32,000 nt of DNA, from positions 1,410,001 to 1,442,000 of the forward strand of contig NZ_CP011304.1 in NCBI RefSeq assembly GCF_000981785.2, given 5' to 3'. Position numbers and translations under genes: made by a program. The DNA is from Microcystis aeruginosa NIES-2549. Its GTDB lineage: Bacteria > Cyanobacteriota > Cyanobacteriia > Cyanobacteriales > Microcystaceae. This document shows positions 29,604 through 32,000 of the stretch, piece after piece (positions within the stretch are counted from its first letter, which is position 1; the number at the start of each line of letters is the position of its first letter). The notes beneath the pieces are model-generated. The model saw only the letters and a program-made list of their open reading frames with translations. It searched no databases and was not told where the DNA came from.

Positions 29604-31472
29604 TTATCTACTGGTGGCGATTTCCACTTCGGGTAAGATTTCTAAAGATAAACGGGTTCTGACAGTGCCAGAAAGACGTTTAAGCAGTTGTGGGCGTAAA
29701 TCGCGCAGAATATAAATTAATTCGTCTCCTGTGCGCCATTCTTCCCCTTCTGTTACTACCTGTAGGGAATTATCACGACGCAATAGTAGGGGCAGCAGTT
29801 CGCCATTTTCGATTAATTTAGTTAATCTGGTCTGTTGTTCGCTCAAATCATCGGCCTTAAAGATAGTTTTACCCAATTTAATCTGATTATCGTCTAAATA
29901 CTGATTCCATTCCTTGACCGAAAAACTAGGCAGAAAAACCTGATTAACCTTATTTTTATCTGGGTTAGGGGTTCCCGCAAAGGCAGCCAACACCCGGGGG
30001 GGATGAAACTCCTCGCCGGCTCTTTGGGCTAAAACCAGATTAACCTCGCTATTATTAGTCAAAACTAGAAAAGTCCCCATGGATTCGATGCCAGCTTCTT
30101 GTAGTATTTTTGTATCAAGTGCGCTACTCTGCAGCACCGTCAAACCCTCTTCTTTTGCTTGCTGACAGGCTGCGGCATCCGTATCGATTAAAACCACGGT
30201 TTCCCCTTGTTCTTGGAATAAACAACCGATTAAGCGACCTAGGGGATTACAACCGACGATTACTGCCCCTGTTGCCGCAGAAGAAGTGATTTTTAGCCCT
30301 TTTGCCACCCAACGCGCCGTTAATCCCTGAATAAAAACGGTCATTAAAATTGTTAAAAAGACTAAAGCTTTGATCGCTTCACCGCCATTAATACCGGCAC
30401 GGGTGAGTAAAATGGCAAATAAAGAAGCTACAGAGGCGGAAACGATTCCCCTAGGGGCAACCCAAGCGATAAATAGCTTATGTCGCCAATTTAGGTCACT
30501 TTTTAGGGTACACAGAGCCACACTCAGGGGACGTACCACCAACATCAAGACTAACACCGTCAGGACGCTGCCCCAACCCAACGCGATGACACTGGCGATC
30601 GAAAGATCCGCCGCTAGTAAAATAAACAGTACCGACACGCAAAGAGTGGTTAATTGACCTTTAAAACGCCTTAATAACCGCTCATCGGGAACGGCCGCCG
30701 CTTTTAGCACGATTCCCGCCATTACTACCGCCATTAACCCCGATTCACTGCGGCTAAATTGTGATAAACCAAATAATCCCCAGACTCCGGCTAAAACCAC
30801 GAGATTCTTTAACTCAAAAGTCAGAAAATTGCAAGTTTTTATAATAAAACTTAACAATCCGCCTCCAGCAATGCCGATCGCCGCCCCGATGCCTAAACGC
30901 AGGGTTAAACCGGTGATGATTTCCATGGGGCGGGCATGACTATCAATAATCGTATTTAGCACCACTACGGCTAAAATTGCGCCCACAGGGTCGATTAATA
31001 CCCCTTCTCCTTCCAAAAGCGTCGCCACCCGCCGATCTACGGCTACTTGCTTCAGCAAAGGCCCGATCACTGTCGGACCAGTTACCACCACTAAAGAAGC
31101 GTAAAGAAATGCGATCGGCCAGGGAAATTCCCCCAACCAGTGGGCCGCCATACCGCCACCAATGAGAGTGATGGAAGTACCGAGGGTGACAAGATTGCGT
31201 AAACTGCCAGAAACTCGCCCTAATTCCCGTCCGCTCAGGCTTAAACCGCCTTCAAATAGGATAATCGCCACAGAGAGAGCAACAAGGACTTCTAAGCCAA
31301 TTCCCAGACTTTGTGGGTGTAGAATTTCCCAACCATCGGACCCTAAAGCAATCCCAAAAATGAGCAGGAAGACAATACTGGGAACTTTCAGGTATTCGGC
31401 AATGACTTGGGCTGTAATCCCCGCCACCACAGTGATGACAATTTGCAGGGTAAGGGCGAAAGATGGATCCAT
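29604..31472 (-). CDS. cation:proton antiporter (Na+/H+ exchanger membrane domain plus C-terminal RCK/TrkA-N and TrkA-C-like domains)
   Basis: 622 aa with about 12 hydrophobic segments, followed by a Rossmann-like VIVGCNPLGRLIGCLFQEQGETVVLIDTD. Confidence 0.85.
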   Translation of the reverse strand: MDPSFALTLQIVITVVAGITAQVIAEYLKVPSIVFLLIFGIALGSDGWEILHPQSLGIGLEVLVALSVAIILFEGGLSLSGRELGRVSGSLRNLVTLGTSITLIGGGMAAHWLGEFPWPIAFLYASLVVVTGPTVIGPLLKQVAVDRRVATLLEGEGVLIDPVGAILAVVVLNTIIDSHARPMEIITGLTLRLGIGAAIGIAGGGLLSFIIKTCNFLTFELKNLVVLAGVWGLFGLSQFSRSESGLMAVVMAGIVLKAAAVPDERLLRRFKGQLTTLCVSVLFILLAADLSIASVIALGWGSVLTVLVLMLVVRPLSVALCTLKSDLNWRHKLFIAWVAPRGIVSASVASLFAILLTRAGINGGEAIKALVFLTILMTVFIQGLTARWVAKGLKITSSAATGAVIVGCNPLGRLIGCLFQEQGETVVLIDTDAAACQQAKEEGLTVLQSSALDTKILQEAGIESMGTFLVLTNNSEVNLVLAQRAGEEFHPPRVLAAFAGTPNPDKNKVNQVFLPSFSVKEWNQYLDDNQIKLGKTIFKADDLSEQQTRLTKLIENGELLPLLLRRDNSLQVVTEGEEWRTGDELIYILRDLRPQLLKRLSGTVRTRLSLEILPEVEIATSR

Positions 31473-31585
31473 GTTTAGCGATCGGTTATCGGCTATCGAG
31501 GCGGGGTTATAGTTGGGGTTTAATCATTCTAATTATAGTTTTGATTCCCGCTCTGGCCCGGTCGGGAGGAAATAAGCATATTCCA

Positions 31586-31617
31586 GAAAACGGGTTTCTC
31601 AAAGAAACCCGTTTTCT
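31586..31617. repeat. GAAAACGGGTTTC-family palindromic hairpin repeat
   Basis: AGAAAACGGGTTTCTC aa AGAAACCCGTTTTCT. Related copies at 10515..10577, 11371..11418, 13197..13259 and 14053..14100. Confidence 0.75.
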
Positions 31618-31935
31618 AAGCTGGTTTTGGTGGGTAAAATGTATTCTAAGATGCAGTCTTGCGGGCGAGTGAGTGGAACGAACCACTCCAGACACAAAGG
31701 ACACAAAGATCGCTACTATATAAGTTAAACTTATCACACAAAGAATAAGAGAGACAACTGATTTCAATTAAGAAGCGTTTTATCGGTCTAACTAGCTGGT
31801 TATAATTAAATTGAAGATAGATACCCCCTTAATCCTAGGGCTGATTCATTCTCCGAATCTAATTCTTTTTTTTGCTACCTTTAATCGCTTATGAGGTAAG
31901 CTAGGGAGCAGGGGAGTACAGGTTTTTGCTCTCAT

Positions 31936-32000
31936 AGTAGGTTGATTCATGAATCAACCTACAAAGCGCGATGTTTTGAAAAATTTTCAGATATTTATTC
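31936..32000. repeat. second copy of the REP-like element seen at 4574..4640
   Basis: The same 26-bp perfect palindrome (31936..31961) and tail, running to the window end. Confidence 0.8.

Noticed and set aside
30370-31767. ORFs 30370-30657(+), 30977-31165(+), 31162-31512(+), 31463-31672(+) and 31507-31767(-)
   Set aside because: The first three are antisense within the antiporter gene. The last two cover the repeat-containing upstream spacer, have Arg/Ser-rich or low-complexity translations, and include the palindromic hairpin repeat.
31473-31935. Possible riboswitch or leader RNA upstream of the cation:proton antiporter (a ~460-bp ORF-free region)
   Set aside because: I could not recognise any known riboswitch core (for example ydaO/c-di-AMP) by eye. 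The only clear structures are copies of dispersed hairpin and REP-like repeats. A covariance-model scan (Rfam/Infernal) would be needed to revisit this.

Overview
This looks like a cyanobacterial chromosome window. HIP1 GCGATCGC sites are frequent and the short palindromic and heptamer repeats resemble Microcystis, but the organism call is inference only. The flanks are housekeeping genes. On the left (1-7.7 kb) are a BrnT/BrnA toxin-antitoxin pair, acnB, deoC, a HAD hydrolase, hisG and chrA. On the right (26.9-31.5 kb) are an HNH nuclease, ald, two small conserved genes and a cation:proton antiporter. Between them lies a ~19 kb accessory segment (about 7.83-26.91 kb) bracketed by a 34-bp direct repeat. 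It contains a TIGR03032-family gene and a remnant of an ELWxxDGT-type gene. It also contains an imperfect tandem duplication of a unit made of an Rpn-like PD-(D/E)xK nuclease, vapBC and a DUF4347 gene 5' end. The two Rpn copies carry different C-terminal tails, and an orphan tail copy sits downstream of the second. The segment also holds a giant modular exoprotein gene and an orphan xisI. The giant gene encodes DUF4347, a CARDB domain, about 15 PPC domains, a clostripain-like C11 peptidase, Calx-beta, four 348-bp Trp-rich repeats, RTX repeats and a bluetail-like C-terminus. It is split by a 1146-bp IS (DDE_Tnp_4 transposase; in-frame restoration is evident) and by an upstream break at a small inverted-repeat element. 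The observations most worth follow-up are the Rpn tail-swap and orphan-tail arrangement, the protease embedded in the RTX giant, and a switch in third-codon-position usage (NNG/NNT to NNC) within that single ORF. No rRNA, tRNA or CRISPR array was recognised.
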